This document shows, one piece after another, positions 37,693 to 48,426 of a stretch of 64,000 nucleotides of DNA. A program made the translations under genes and the position numbers. Below the pieces are notes generated by a model, which searched no databases, was not told the origin of the DNA, and was given only the letters and a program-made list of their open reading frames with translations. The DNA is taken from NCBI GenBank assembly GCA_964508925.1, contig CAZDVM010000008.1, positions 97,774 to 161,773 on the forward strand, in the 5' to 3' direction. Origin of the DNA: an uncultured Pirellulales bacterium. Its GTDB lineage: Bacteria > Planctomycetota > Phycisphaerae > Sedimentisphaerales > Anaerobacaceae. Numbering within the stretch: position 1 is the first letter of the stretch; each line of letters starts with the position of its first letter.

Positions 37693-38154
37693 TTACTTCG
37701 ATCCTTTGATCTGGATCTTTTTGGTCTTAGTTTCGGCTGCTTTCGGCATAGTTATCTGGAGCAGACCGTCTTTATACTCTGCCTCTATCTTGTCTCTGTC
37801 AACTTCGCTGGGCAGAGTTACATCTCTTCTGAATTTTCCGAAAGACCTCTCCATTCTGTAACAGCCTTCCTTTTCATATTCTTTTTCCCTTTTCTTTTCA
37901 CCGCTGATGGTCAATACATCGCCGTGAATTGAAAGATCAATGTCGTCGGCCTTGCAGCCCGGAACTTCAGCATTTACAATGATATTGTCTTCTTCTTCGA
38001 CCATATCCAGACTTGGCCAGGTCATTGTTGTTTCAGTAGCGGTTGTTCTGGAAGGCCACCTGCCGAAAAATGAGCCGAAAAGATCATCAACTTCATTCTG
38101 CAGCCTCTCAAGTTCGTTTCTAATTCCTCCTCTTCTTAATTGAATGTTAGCCAT
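37693..38154 (-). CDS. Hsp20/alpha-crystallin family small heat-shock protein
   Basis: MANIQLRRGG...WPSLDMVEEEDNIIVNAEVPG...LTISGEKK...FGKFRRDVTLP. Perfect AGGAGG RBS 8 nt upstream of the ATG at 38154. The ORF-track N-terminal extension was rejected. Confidence 0.9.
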   Translation of the reverse strand: MANIQLRRGGIRNELERLQNEVDDLFGSFFGRWPSRTTATETTMTWPSLDMVEEEDNIIVNAEVPGCKADDIDLSIHGDVLTISGEKKREKEYEKEGCYRMERSFGKFRRDVTLPSEVDRDKIEAEYKDGLLQITMPKAAETKTKKIQIKGSK

Positions 38155-38440
38155 AGTTAAACCTCCTTTTATAAATTCCCGTTTAATTAATTCATTTCTT
38201 TTATTAACCTCTATTTTAAAGTTTGCAAATGCTGTGCCAATCGGGTAAATCCCCGAAATCTGCCTTTTTTTACCCTTAACAGCATATGGGGCTGTCAAAA
38301 TGACGCCCTTTAACTTGAAACTGTTGTAAAAATGGCAGGTAATAAAAAATTTTAAAAAATACTTTCAACTGAAATTATTTTTGTTATAATATTTTTTGTT
38401 GAATAAATTTGAACTGATACTACTTTTTTAAATAAAGAAT

Positions 38441-38998
38441 ATGATAAGAAACGAACCGGAAAAAAACAGAAATAACGCTGCTGATTTAAAAGGAGCTGCT
38501 GAAGATACTAAATTTTTCAGGAACCACAGCTTCAGGATATTAAGCAGTCTGCGTAAAATAACGCATTCAGTGGCCATATATTCAAAAAAACTGAAAAAAA
38601 TATATGGTATAACAGGGCCTCAGCTGCTCTGTCTGTATGCTATTGAAGAAAACGGGCCCACCACTTTGACCGAGATCAGCAAACTTATCAGCTTAAGCAG
38701 CAGTACAATACTGGGCATAGTGGACAGACTGGAAAAGAAAGACCTTGTAGAAAGAAGAAGAGATTCAAAAGACAGGAGAAAAGTATTTATCACCACAACC
38801 TCAAAAGGGAGCGAATTTGCACTCAATGCTCCCATGCTGCTTGAAGATAAGGTAGCGGAAGGGATTCTGAAAAAAGACGAAAAAGATCAGGCTGCGATCG
38901 CATGGTCGTTAGAGCAGATCGTTACGCTCATGGATGAAAACTGTTTTTCAGACATAAGTAAATCGGAAATTGAATCTTTTGAAAAAAATATAAGATAA
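38441..38998 (+). CDS. MarR-family transcriptional regulator
   Basis: ITGPQLLCLYAIEENGPTTLTEISKLISLSSSTILGIVDRLEKKDLVERRRDSKDRRKV: winged HTH of MarR. Its end lies 58 nt upstream of ablA. Confidence 0.85.
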   Translation: MIRNEPEKNRNNAADLKGAAEDTKFFRNHSFRILSSLRKITHSVAIYSKKLKKIYGITGPQLLCLYAIEENGPTTLTEISKLISLSSSTILGIVDRLEKKDLVERRRDSKDRRKVFITTTSKGSEFALNAPMLLEDKVAEGILKKDEKDQAAIAWSLEQIVTLMDENCFSDISKSEIESFEKNIR

Positions 38999-39057
38999 GA
39001 ATTTCTGAAAGATTAAAACTGCGTTCAACTTTATTAACTCATTAGAGGGTTATAATT

Positions 39058-40368
39058 ATGATAAAAGTGCTTAAAGACAAAAAAATGAAAGTTAAAGAAG
39101 CTATTTCCATTGATAAAGATATTTTCAAATGGGAAGACTGGAGATGGCAGCTGAAACATTCTATCAAAAGCATCGAGACATTCGAGGAGCTGCTTGGTAT
39201 CCAGTTCAGGGAAGACATACGTGAAGAGATCGAAAAGACCGTGGAGAAGTTCCCTTTAAGCATTACTCCGTACTACCTTTCATTAATAGATACAGACGAT
39301 ATTAAGAACGATCCTATATTCAAACAGGCCTTCCCTTCCCCTCATGAAATGGACGATCACAAATGTGACATGTCCGACCCGCTTGCAGAAGATAAGGACA
39401 GCCCGGTGGAAGGGATCACTCACAGGTATCCTGACAGGGTGCTTTTCCTTGTAAGTAATGTCTGTTCAATGTACTGCAGACACTGTACTAGAAAAAGAAG
39501 GGTTGGCGACGTCGATTTCGTGCCGGACAAGAAAACTATCTTAAAAGGGATCAAATACATAAAGGATCATCCGGAGGTACGTGACGTGCTGCTTTCGGGC
39601 GGAGATCCGTTTTTGCTATCAAATGAATACCTGGACTGGATTTTGAGCGAACTTGCAGAGATCGAACATCTGGAGGTTATAAGGATCGGCACGAGAACGC
39701 CGGTAGTTCTGCCTCAGAGGATAACGGATGAACTGGTGGATGTTCTCAGGAAATACCAGCCGATCTGGATAAATACACATTTCAACCATCCCAGGGAAAT
39801 AACTAAATCCTCCAGAAAAGCCGTAAAAAAACTTGCAGATGCAGGTATCCCGCTGGGTAATCAGTCGGTACTTCTTGCGGGTGTCAACGACTGCCCGCGG
39901 ATAATGAAGGCCCTGGTACATAAGCTTGTCGAAAACAGGATCAGGCCTTACTATCTGTATCAGTGTGACCTTTCAGAGGGATTGACGCATTTCAGAACGC
40001 CCGTCGGAAAAGGTATCGAAATAATAGAAAATCTCATCGGCCATACTTCCGGATTTTGCGTCCCCAGATATGTAATAGATGCTCCGGGCGGAGGCGGAAA
40101 AATTCCGGTAATGCCGAATTACCTGATATCATGGTCAACGAATAAAGTTGTACTGAGGAATTACGAAGGTGTCATTACCACCTATAAAGAGCCTGATTCG
40201 TATGAGCCTATCTTCTGCGACAGGAAATGCGGCGACTGCAAACTGCAATTAAAAACAGATGACGCCGAAGAGCAAAAGGCCACGGGTATCTGTAAACTTC
40301 TCAACGATTACGATAAGGATATATCACTGACGCCTTCGGAAAATGAACGTCACTCAAGAAGGAAATAG
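39058..40368 (+). CDS. ablA: L-lysine 2,3-aminomutase (radical SAM, KamA/AblA)
   Basis: [12 protein letters not shown] (CX3CX2C radical-SAM cluster of the KamA family). Whole-length KamA similarity ([27 protein letters not shown]). Confidence 0.85.
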   Translation: MIKVLKDKKMKVKEAISIDKDIFKWEDWRWQLKHSIKSIETFEELLGIQFREDIREEIEKTVEKFPLSITPYYLSLIDTDDIKNDPIFKQAFPSPHEMDDHKCDMSDPLAEDKDSPVEGITHRYPDRVLFLVSNVCSMYCRHCTRKRRVGDVDFVPDKKTILKGIKYIKDHPEVRDVLLSGGDPFLLSNEYLDWILSELAEIEHLEVIRIGTRTPVVLPQRITDELVDVLRKYQPIWINTHFNHPREITKSSRKAVKKLADAGIPLGNQSVLLAGVNDCPRIMKALVHKLVENRIRPYYLYQCDLSEGLTHFRTPVGKGIEIIENLIGHTSGFCVPRYVIDAPGGGGKIPVMPNYLISWSTNKVVLRNYEGVITTYKEPDSYEPIFCDRKCGDCKLQLKTDDAEEQKATGICKLLNDYDKDISLTPSENERHSRRK

Positions 40369-40370
40369 TT

Positions 40371-41819
40371 ATGGCTGTAATTGACTATATCCTCTTCGGT
40401 CTGTATATGGCAGGTGTCCTCGGGATCGGATACTACCATTTCCTGAGAAACGAGGACAGGGAAGATTATTACGTCGGCAGCAGATCCATCAAGGCTCACC
40501 ACGTAGGTTTATCCATAGTCGCCACCGACGTAGGGGGCGGCTTTTCCATAGGTCTGGGCGGACTTGGGTTCGTGATGGGACTTGCGGGAAGTTGGCTTTT
40601 GTTTACCGGCCTTATAGGTGCCTGGCTGACTGCCGTGATAGTAATACCGAGGATCAAGAAATTCGACAGAAAACATAAGATGTTCACCTATCCGGATTTT
40701 TTAAGGTTCAGATATAATGAGAAAGTGGCCCTTGCAGCTGCCCTGATATCCGGGCTGGGATATATGGGATTTACAGGAGCACAGGTTCTGGCAGGTGCCA
40801 AACTGGCATCGGCTACCCTGATAACCAAGGCTCCTTTCGGTCTTACTCCCCTTGAATTTTCCATCTATATAATCGCCTGTATAACTCTTGTTTACACAGT
40901 GATCGGGGGTTTGAAGGCGGTCATATATACTGATACCGCACAATGGGCGATTCTTTTAACCGGTCTGATATTTGTTACTATACCGGTGACTCTTTTTAAA
41001 CTGGGAGGTATCTCCAGACTGAAAGAGGCACTGCCTTCGAATTACTTTGACCTGACCAACATAACCGCAACCCAGTTTATAAACTGGATGGTGACTATTA
41101 TACCTATCTGGCTGATAGGAATGACACTTTACCAGCGAATGTACGCCTGCAAGAACGAAGAGGAGGCCAAAAAGGCCTGGTACATCGCCGGTCTGTTCGA
41201 GTACCCGGTAATGGCTTTCACCGGCGTTTTTCTTGGGATGTGTGCAAAGGTGCTTATCCCGGAGGCGGAGTCGGAAATGGCAATGCCCATGCTGATATCA
41301 CGGATGCTGCCCATAGGAGTGACGGGGATTGTTATCGCATCTTATTTTTCGGCTATAATGTCAACCGCAGACAGTTGCCTTATGGCATCATCGGGCAACC
41401 TGGTCAACGACGTACTTCACAGGTATATATTCAAGAACAATTCTGACAAGCAGCTGATGTTCTTATCACAGATAGTAACACTTATCATCGGCATAGTCGC
41501 CATCGTGATCGCAAGTGAATTTAAAAAGGTGCTCGATGCCATATTATATGCCTACGCCTTCATGGTTTCAGGGTTGTTCATACCGACACTGGGTGCATAT
41601 CTGTGGAAAAAGGCGAGCTCGACCGGGGCTTTATTGAGCATGATAGCTGGTGGAAGTCTGACATTGACCCTGCAGATAAAGCCCGAACTCCTGCCGGAAA
41701 AATTAAGTAAGACAGGTTTAGATGCCACGGTCTACGGCATTTTGATCTCACTGATCATATTTATAAGTTGTTCCTATATATTTCCCGATAAAGAAAAGAC
41801 GAATCATTATGACATTTGA
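40371..41819 (+). CDS. Sodium:solute symporter family (SSF) transporter
   Basis: 482 aa, ~13 TM helices. SSF-like N-terminal Y..GR...........GG motif region. Inserted between ablA and ablB. Confidence 0.75.
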   Translation: MAVIDYILFGLYMAGVLGIGYYHFLRNEDREDYYVGSRSIKAHHVGLSIVATDVGGGFSIGLGGLGFVMGLAGSWLLFTGLIGAWLTAVIVIPRIKKFDRKHKMFTYPDFLRFRYNEKVALAAALISGLGYMGFTGAQVLAGAKLASATLITKAPFGLTPLEFSIYIIACITLVYTVIGGLKAVIYTDTAQWAILLTGLIFVTIPVTLFKLGGISRLKEALPSNYFDLTNITATQFINWMVTIIPIWLIGMTLYQRMYACKNEEEAKKAWYIAGLFEYPVMAFTGVFLGMCAKVLIPEAESEMAMPMLISRMLPIGVTGIVIASYFSAIMSTADSCLMASSGNLVNDVLHRYIFKNNSDKQLMFLSQIVTLIIGIVAIVIASEFKKVLDAILYAYAFMVSGLFIPTLGAYLWKKASSTGALLSMIAGGSLTLTLQIKPELLPEKLSKTGLDATVYGILISLIIFISCSYIFPDKEKTNHYDI

Positions 41820-42648
41820 CAAGATAGAAAAGATCGGAAGTTCACTGATACAGCACGGCGAGATGAACAGCAGGATTTACCTGATGAAACTCCATCATGA
41901 GGATTTTCCCGATATTGTCGAAAACATAGATAAGCTGTCCGAAAAAAACAACTATACAAAGATATTCGTCAAGATTCCCGCCGAATTCGAGAAAAAATTC
42001 GAGAAGTTCGGTTATCAGCGGGAAGCCTGTATACCGAAATTCTTCAACGGCAGAAAAGATGCCGTCTTCATGGGTAAGTATTTCAGCGAACACAGGAAAA
42101 ACGATAAAAATCTCGAAATAATTAAAACAAACCTGAAACTGGCTGAGGAAAAAAGGAAAACTCCGGCAAGCAGTGACATCCCGGAAGGTTTCGAGTTCTC
42201 GAAATTGAGTTCTGACAGTGTCGATGAAGCTGCTCAATTGTACAAGGATATCTTCACCAAATATCCTTTTCCCATCTTCGACCCGGTTTACCTGCACAAT
42301 ACCATGGAAAGTCACGTCGATTATTTTTGCGTGCGGGACAAAGGTAAGATGATCGCACTTGCATCGGCTGAAAAGGATGAGGAACACCAAAATGTAGAGA
42401 TGACGGATTTTGCTACCATACCAGAATATCGAGGCAGAGGCCTTGCTTCAGCACTTTTAAAGAAAATGGAAGAGGAAATGAAAGATCAGGGTATGAAAAC
42501 CGCCTATACCATCGCAAGGGCCTTGTCTGCGGGAATGAATATCACCTTTGCAAGGGCAGGCTATGAATTTGCGGGAACATTGATAAACAACACCAACATA
42601 TATTCAGGCCTTGAGAGCATGAACGTGTGGTACAAGCCGCTTAAATAG
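41809..42648 (+). CDS. ablB: Putative beta-lysine N6-acetyltransferase (GNAT)
   Basis: 279 aa, the length class of AblB. C-terminal GNAT motif [19 protein letters not shown]. Positioned in an abl operon. Overlaps the SSF gene by 11 nt. Confidence 0.6.
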   Translation: MTFDKIEKIGSSLIQHGEMNSRIYLMKLHHEDFPDIVENIDKLSEKNNYTKIFVKIPAEFEKKFEKFGYQREACIPKFFNGRKDAVFMGKYFSEHRKNDKNLEIIKTNLKLAEEKRKTPASSDIPEGFEFSKLSSDSVDEAAQLYKDIFTKYPFPIFDPVYLHNTMESHVDYFCVRDKGKMIALASAEKDEEHQNVEMTDFATIPEYRGRGLASALLKKMEEEMKDQGMKTAYTIARALSAGMNITFARAGYEFAGTLINNTNIYSGLESMNVWYKPLK

Positions 42649-42666
42649 GCGATACGGCAACACATG

Positions 42667-43929
42667 TCACTTTATTTTTAAGATTTCGTCCCAGCGGGTG
42701 GTGTATCTTGCCGAACGGTGCATTGCCTTCATCTGCCATAGCTGATCCGTACCCTGGGCGGCGAATCTGAGCTGGGAGAAGGGAAAGTCCCGGTTTATCC
42801 GGTCTATTGTTTTCATCAGTTTTTTCGATCTGCTGCGGCTTACGGTATTAAAGAAATTTTCCTGGATATTATCTTCATTTACCAGGCCGGTGAGCATAAG
42901 GCCGGATTTTTTGAATTCCTGCCCCTGCCGGTAGAGTTTTTTCACTATTTTGCGAGCACTTTCAATGAGCTCGGGCGTATTCTGCGTCGGTGTCAGAAAC
43001 TTCACAGTGGCGGAATTATAATAGCTCTGATCGGAATCGAAACGGTTTGTCATCACGAAAACGGTCATGCAGGAGGCGGCCTTTTTTTCTTCTCTTAACT
43101 TTTCGCCCGCCCTTGCTGCATACTGGCTGGTTGCCTCCATGAGTTCATCGAGATCAGTCACCGGCCTGCCGAAGCCGCGCGAACAGGTGATCCCCTTTTT
43201 TGCAGGGGGATTGGACTCCAGGGGATAGCAGCTTATGCCGCGAAGTTCGTAAACGGTTCTTACTCCTACCACGCCGAATGTTTTCCTTACCCTTTCGGCG
43301 TCGGCATCCCGCAGCTGTTTTGCATTTTGGATCCCTATCTTTCTTAGTTTTTTGGCTGTTCTGCGTGCTACCCCCCAGATATCTTCAAGTTCGATCTTTT
43401 CAAGGGCCTTATTGAGATAGAGGGAGTCGCTGAGATCGAGAACGCCGCCTGCTTTCTTGGATTTTTTGGCTATCTTGTTTGCAGCCTTGGCAAGTATCTT
43501 CGTAGGTGCTATACCGACTGAAACCGGGATTCCCATCCACTGCTTGACGGTCGCTTTCATTTCCCTGCAGTACTTTGTCAAATCCGCGGGGATGCCGCTT
43601 AAGTCCAGAAAAGCCTCGTCTATAGAGTAAACTTCGATCTCGGGAGTAAATTCAGCCAGCGTCTGCATTACCCTTGAGGACATGTCGGCATAAAGGGCAT
43701 AGTTTGAAGAATAAACTTCCACATGATGTTTTTCAAGCTGATCTTTGACCTTGAAATACGGAATGCCCATGGGTATGCCGATGGCTTTGGCCTCATTGGA
43801 TCGGGCTACCACACAACCATCGTTATTGGAAAGTACCACCACCGGCTTGTTGTTTAAGTGCGGGTCGAAAACCCTTTCACACGAGACGTAAAAATTGTTG
43901 CAGTCTACTAGTGCAAAAATCTTTTTCAT
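42667..43929 (-). CDS. umuC: Error-prone translesion DNA polymerase V subunit UmuC (Y-family)
   Basis: [19 protein letters not shown]...[19 protein letters not shown]: Y-family polymerase N-terminus. 420 aa. Confidence 0.9.
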   Translation of the reverse strand: MKKIFALVDCNNFYVSCERVFDPHLNNKPVVVLSNNDGCVVARSNEAKAIGIPMGIPYFKVKDQLEKHHVEVYSSNYALYADMSSRVMQTLAEFTPEIEVYSIDEAFLDLSGIPADLTKYCREMKATVKQWMGIPVSVGIAPTKILAKAANKIAKKSKKAGGVLDLSDSLYLNKALEKIELEDIWGVARRTAKKLRKIGIQNAKQLRDADAERVRKTFGVVGVRTVYELRGISCYPLESNPPAKKGITCSRGFGRPVTDLDELMEATSQYAARAGEKLREEKKAASCMTVFVMTNRFDSDQSYYNSATVKFLTPTQNTPELIESARKIVKKLYRQGQEFKKSGLMLTGLVNEDNIQENFFNTVSRSRSKKLMKTIDRINRDFPFSQLRFAAQGTDQLWQMKAMHRSARYTTRWDEILKIK

Positions 43930-44366
43930 AGCTGATGAATTACGTAAGTTACAACGCCCCAGACCTCGAATTCCATGGACTCATCCAGTTCCTGTGTCTG
44001 GAAATCCTCGTTTTCCGGTTCCAGATAATATTTCCCTTTGATTATACGGATTCGCTTGACAGTGAGTTCCCCGTTAATATTGGCGATAACCACTTTTTTA
44101 TTGCGAGGTTCAACGGATCTGTCAACAACCAGCAAATCGCCTGAATGAATGCCGGCACCCAGCATGGAATCACCGGTGACACGTACAAAATATGTGGCGG
44201 CGGGATTTTTGATCAGGTACTTGTTTAAATCCAGCTTTTCTTCTTCGTAATCCGATGCCGGTGAAGGAAAACCGGCAGAGACATTAGCCACATACAACGG
44301 CTGTTTGCTGTCGGTTGACCAGTCCGGCTTGAATATGTTTTTTATCTTTATTCCCATGCCCGGCAT
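43926..44366 (-). CDS. umuD: UmuD-like S24 peptidase (translesion synthesis accessory protein)
   Basis: VSAGFPSPA...[25 protein letters not shown]...[11 protein letters not shown]. Overlaps umuC by 4 nt. The true start may be the ATG at 44357 (MGIKIK), which sits 7 nt downstream of a TGTTATAAT extended -10, giving a leaderless configuration. Confidence 0.85.
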   Translation of the reverse strand: MPGMGIKIKNIFKPDWSTDSKQPLYVANVSAGFPSPASDYEEEKLDLNKYLIKNPAATYFVRVTGDSMLGAGIHSGDLLVVDRSVEPRNKKVVIANINGELTVKRIRIIKGKYYLEPENEDFQTQELDESMEFEVWGVVTYVIHQL

Positions 44367-44428
44367 TATAACAGAAATTATCGAAGTACTGAATTTTTTT
44401 AGTAATAAAGTTAATCACCGATTCATCC

Positions 44429-45478
44429 TCAGGTGTCAATGTCGTAGCCGTATTTTTCCACAGCCTGTTTCTTGATAAATTCCATGAGCACTGGATAATG
44501 TTTTTCGATATTAATCATCTCAATTTCCTGGTCTGTGCCGGTTTGCTTGCGGATAGCATCGGTTATCTTACCTGTTTCCCAGACATTGGGGCTGACTTCA
44601 TGGGTCATTTCAAAACCGTATTTATCCAGTGCGGTCAGAACCGGAACAGGATATGATATGGGCTCCGGATTCCCGCAGCCTTCTACATTCGGCATAAGTG
44701 TCGCTGTTATGTACCCGTCATCCAGTCCTATATCCATATTCCTTTTTTTAGTATCCACATGCAGCAGACCGCTGTACCATTTACCCCTCATCTTTTCGGT
44801 GGCCTGTATTGCCGTTTTTTTCGATACCCCTCCAAGCTTTTCCAGTTCTTTATCTATAGCCTCGGTCATTGCCTGATCATAATCCTCTCCTGAGCGCATT
44901 GCCTTGAGGCCTAGTCTTACACCGACCAGATTAGAGAAATTGTCTTCCCATGAAAATGCGGAATTGAATTCCGGCTCGAAGGCAGCAAATTTGGTACCGA
45001 ACCAGGTAATTATCTCGTGCCATAAAGTGGAATTGAAGGCAATATAAGGAGCCGCCTCGAAGGCGATCTCGTCGGCAATCTTTTCTCTTTGCTGTTTACC
45101 CATCTGCTTCCAGTTTGCAGGATAATCGAAACTTATATAATGAGTCGAAGGTTCCCAGGTCAGGTTATAATGAAATCCCTGCTCGTTTTCCAGCAAGGTC
45201 TCGCATATCCTTTCTATAAAATACCTGGTATAGTCAGCGTTCCATCTTACGTGAGTCAGATCAATATGTCCCCCTTTGCAAGTATAAACTTGAGCATTTT
45301 TTTCAAACAGGTCGAAATGATAAGAATGTTTTCCAATGTTGTCAGGGTCGACATATCGCGGGCCCGGCGGCGGCGTAGGCAGGGTTCCCATTCTCGGTCT
45401 CGGTGCTTTGATATTACATCCTGCTGCAAAGATCAACAAACACCCTCCAACTGCTGAAATTATTTCTCCTTTACTCAA
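44429..45478 (-). CDS. Hypothetical lipoprotein
   Basis: Signal peptide with lipobox (FAAGC). 349 aa. Family uncertain. The Cheo-like palindrome lies 47 nt upstream. Confidence 0.5.
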   Translation of the reverse strand: MSKGEIISAVGGCLLIFAAGCNIKAPRPRMGTLPTPPPGPRYVDPDNIGKHSYHFDLFEKNAQVYTCKGGHIDLTHVRWNADYTRYFIERICETLLENEQGFHYNLTWEPSTHYISFDYPANWKQMGKQQREKIADEIAFEAAPYIAFNSTLWHEIITWFGTKFAAFEPEFNSAFSWEDNFSNLVGVRLGLKAMRSGEDYDQAMTEAIDKELEKLGGVSKKTAIQATEKMRGKWYSGLLHVDTKKRNMDIGLDDGYITATLMPNVEGCGNPEPISYPVPVLTALDKYGFEMTHEVSPNVWETGKITDAIRKQTGTDQEIEMINIEKHYPVLMEFIKKQAVEKYGYDIDT

Positions 45479-45524
45479 TTTTAGTCCTCCGTCTTGAATA
45501 ATTTACTCAGTTTTGCTATCTTAT

Positions 45525-45540
45525 CCGAACAATTGTTCGG
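45525..45540. promoter_or_regulatory. Perfect 16-bp palindrome CCGAACAATTGTTCGG, a Cheo-box-type (CGAAC-N4-GTTCG) LexA operator candidate
   Basis: Matches the Bacillus-type SOS box consensus CGAACRNRYGTTCG. Lies in the 410-nt divergent intergenic region between the lipoprotein gene (44429-45478) and the EEP nuclease-family gene. Confidence 0.5.
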
Positions 45541-45889
45541 CATCCAGGTTAATTCAAAATACAAGGTGGTTATTGGAGGACTGCTTAAACCAAACGGTTT
45601 GATACTCTTCCTTCCCAATAAACCCCTTATCTAATTGCAGTTACAAGATTATCCGTATTTTTCTTCGGAGTCAAGGGTATTAATGAATTTTTAATTCAGA
45701 CGAATATCTTGTATTGACGATTATTTTAAAAGCTGCATTTTCTTTAAGTTTTGCTCTTTAAACAGGAATACCTGTCTCAGAGGCAACGGGATTGCCCGGA
45801 GTAAAACAAAAATCCGGATTACAGTAATGAGAATTTAAATTTGGGGGTGTACAGTTTACACCGTATTTTTTAATTGGAGATCTCAGGGT

Positions 45890-46807
45890 ATGTTTAAACA
45901 GGTAAAATTAACGGCAATTATTTTATTTTTAACAGTTTTCCTTGTTTTATCGGGGTGTGGCAGTCAAAAAATTGAATCAAGGGAAATGAACTTTTCGTCT
46001 AATTCAAACGGGATAGTCAAAGCAATGACTTTCAATATCCGCACCGGCACGGCATGGTGGGATGCTTTCAACAACTGGAACAACCGCAAGCAGCTGGTGA
46101 TCGATACCATAGCAAAAAACAAGGCGGATGTAATCGGGCTTCAGGAAGGACTGAACTATCAGATCGAACAGATCCAGAAAGGCCTGCCGCAATATGAAAA
46201 ATATGCCGTCGGGAGAAATGACGGAAAAAAAGACGGAGAGACCTGTGCCATTTTTTACAGGAAGGACCGATTTACAAAACTTGATTCGGGAACGTTCTGG
46301 TTTTCCGAAACTCCGTCAGAGGCGGGTTCGAAATACTGGATGAGTATTTTTCCAAGAATTTGCAGCTGGGTTCATCTGGTTGACACAGCCAGTAACAAGG
46401 GTTTTTATGTTTACAATGTTCATCTTGCATGCCTTTCTCAATCAGCCCGAGAAAAAAGCGTGCGTCTTCTTGCAGAAAAAATAACAGGCAGACGGACAAA
46501 CGACCCTTTTATTGTCACCGGTGACTTCAATATGGAACTGGACAATGACGCCATGAAATACCTGCAGAATATAGGCAAAAGAAACCCCCATCCTTCGATG
46601 TACGATGCATGGGCATCAGCTAACCCGGGTAAAAGGATTATCGGCACGACGCATCAATTTACCGGCAGTGACAGCGGGCCGAAGATCGACCACATACCGA
46701 TAAGTGAAAACATTAAAGCGATAGAAGCAGTTGTGGATCGATATGCATGGGACGGACGTTACCCTTCCGATCATTTTCCAGTAACTGCGATCCTGCAGAT
46801 ATTCTGA
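45890..46807 (+). CDS. Endonuclease/exonuclease/phosphatase (EEP) family secreted protein
   Basis: Signal peptide/lipobox (LSGCGS). MTFNIRTG...GLQEG...DHFPVTA motifs of the EEP fold. Confidence 0.75.
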   Translation: MFKQVKLTAIILFLTVFLVLSGCGSQKIESREMNFSSNSNGIVKAMTFNIRTGTAWWDAFNNWNNRKQLVIDTIAKNKADVIGLQEGLNYQIEQIQKGLPQYEKYAVGRNDGKKDGETCAIFYRKDRFTKLDSGTFWFSETPSEAGSKYWMSIFPRICSWVHLVDTASNKGFYVYNVHLACLSQSAREKSVRLLAEKITGRRTNDPFIVTGDFNMELDNDAMKYLQNIGKRNPHPSMYDAWASANPGKRIIGTTHQFTGSDSGPKIDHIPISENIKAIEAVVDRYAWDGRYPSDHFPVTAILQIF

Positions 46808-46883
46808 CAGTTGAAAAGCTCATAAGCTAATTAAAAAGGCCTTCCCATTTAAGAGAAGGCCTTTTTCTTTTCAGATTGTGAAT

Positions 46884-48395
46884 CTATTTCTGAGGTCCTT
46901 TCTGAGTCGGTTTGAGTTTGCCTTTTAAGATGGTACCCATCAAGGCATCTGTCATACCGCCGTTCTGGCCTGCACCGACCATGACCTGCGGAGTGATGTT
47001 GATATCTTCATCTGCGACCAGTTTCATAAGTTCAAGAAGTGCAGCGTTATCAGGACCTATAACGTCAGAGACTTTCTTATAGGCCTCGGCTTTAGCTGTT
47101 GCGACAGTTTTCAGTTGCTCGGCTTCTGCCTCTGCATCAATGATCCTTTTCTGCTTTTCCTGTTCAGCTACCTGGACAGCGTATTCTGCAGTAGCGAGTT
47201 TCTTTTCTTCTTCCGCTTCCTGTTCGGTTCTTTTCAGGGCTTTGGATTCTTCTGCTGCTTTCTGCTGTTCTATCAGTGTCTGCTGTTCCTGTCTTGCGAT
47301 TTCCCTGTCTGTCTGGGTCTTCAAAAGTTCGCCCAGTGACTGTTCGTCGCCGACGTCGCCTATCCTTACGGCAAGAACTGTCACACCGTATTTATCCAGC
47401 TCTGCTTCAAGCATTTTCTCACTTTTTTCTTCCTGTACGGATCTGTTCTGAACATATTCCAGGGCCTTTACCTTTTCAGCGTTGTTTCTGAATATTGCAC
47501 GAACAGCCGGTGTCACCAGCTTTTCCAGTACCAGCTCATCATCACCGATTCTGGCAACCACTACCGGCGCATCTTCGGGTTCTATAATATATGTCACCCT
47601 GACATCGACAGGAAAGGTAAAACCGTCCGAACTTCTTACAGTAATAGGTCTTAACGGCTGGAACTTGCTTTCACCGGCTTCGCTTGATGCGGTATAGCTG
47701 ACCTTCACCTGCCTTATATCCAGCATGGTGACTTCATAGGCATTGGTGTTCAGGTAGTACTGACCTTCTCCGAGGGGTGTATCCCAGATACCTCTTTTTC
47801 CCCTTTCGACAAGACGGTTATCCGTTTCGTCGCCGACATTACTTTTAATAACCGCTACTTTACCGGTTTCCACGTTCACTACAGGCACCTGATTAACGGA
47901 AAACAGCTTTGTGTTAAACCTGTACTTACCCGGCTTCAAAACCGTTAGCTGAGGCCCCTTGTAGCCGTTGCCCTTGTCTTCTGAAAGGAAGTACCGGGCT
48001 CTTAACATGTCATCCGGATTTTCCCATTCGGGGGCATAGATAGTATTGGGAGGAAGACTTCTGCCGTCGTTTGCCTTCAGCATACCTACCATACCTTCAG
48101 GTATCTCGATGATGTCTTCCTTGATGATCCTGTACTGCCACTTCCAGTAGAAAAAATGCCAGCCCGGAGACAGGATCTTTGCCTGGATACCGTTTTCACC
48201 GTTGACCGCAATGATCTTTCCTTCGGGCAAGGATCCGCCGCCGAATTTCTTTTCCACGATTCCTATCTGATCACCGTCAATGTAGGTGACAGAACTTCCG
48301 ATCAGAACGACCACCAGCACCGTCACTACAACGATAAACCCGATAATTGCTTTTACTTTTGACATTGATCTTACTTCATTCCATTCCTGTTCCAT
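46884..48395 (-). CDS. Flotillin-like SPFH/band-7 protein (YqiK-type)
   Basis: N-terminal TM, SPFH domain, long Ala/Glu/Lys-rich coiled-coil (EQQKAAEESKALKRTEQEAEEEKK...), 503 aa. Confidence 0.8.
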   Translation of the reverse strand: MEQEWNEVRSMSKVKAIIGFIVVVTVLVVVLIGSSVTYIDGDQIGIVEKKFGGGSLPEGKIIAVNGENGIQAKILSPGWHFFYWKWQYRIIKEDIIEIPEGMVGMLKANDGRSLPPNTIYAPEWENPDDMLRARYFLSEDKGNGYKGPQLTVLKPGKYRFNTKLFSVNQVPVVNVETGKVAVIKSNVGDETDNRLVERGKRGIWDTPLGEGQYYLNTNAYEVTMLDIRQVKVSYTASSEAGESKFQPLRPITVRSSDGFTFPVDVRVTYIIEPEDAPVVVARIGDDELVLEKLVTPAVRAIFRNNAEKVKALEYVQNRSVQEEKSEKMLEAELDKYGVTVLAVRIGDVGDEQSLGELLKTQTDREIARQEQQTLIEQQKAAEESKALKRTEQEAEEEKKLATAEYAVQVAEQEKQKRIIDAEAEAEQLKTVATAKAEAYKKVSDVIGPDNAALLELMKLVADEDINITPQVMVGAGQNGGMTDALMGTILKGKLKPTQKGPQK

Positions 48396-48426
48396 TTCTA
48401 ACTCCTATACAACTCAATAAAATTCT

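Noticed and set aside
37693-38298. Long (201 aa) version of the Hsp20 ORF from the track
   Set aside because: The N-terminal 48 residues have no Hsp20 homology. An internal ATG at 38154 has a perfect AGGAGG RBS and yields a standard 153-aa sHSP.
44367-44430. Canonical E. coli-type LexA box (CTGT-N8-ACAG) at umuD
   Set aside because: Only a loose TACT-N9-AGTA dyad is present, with no CTGT/ACAG arms. It is therefore reported as a speculative operator rather than a LexA box.
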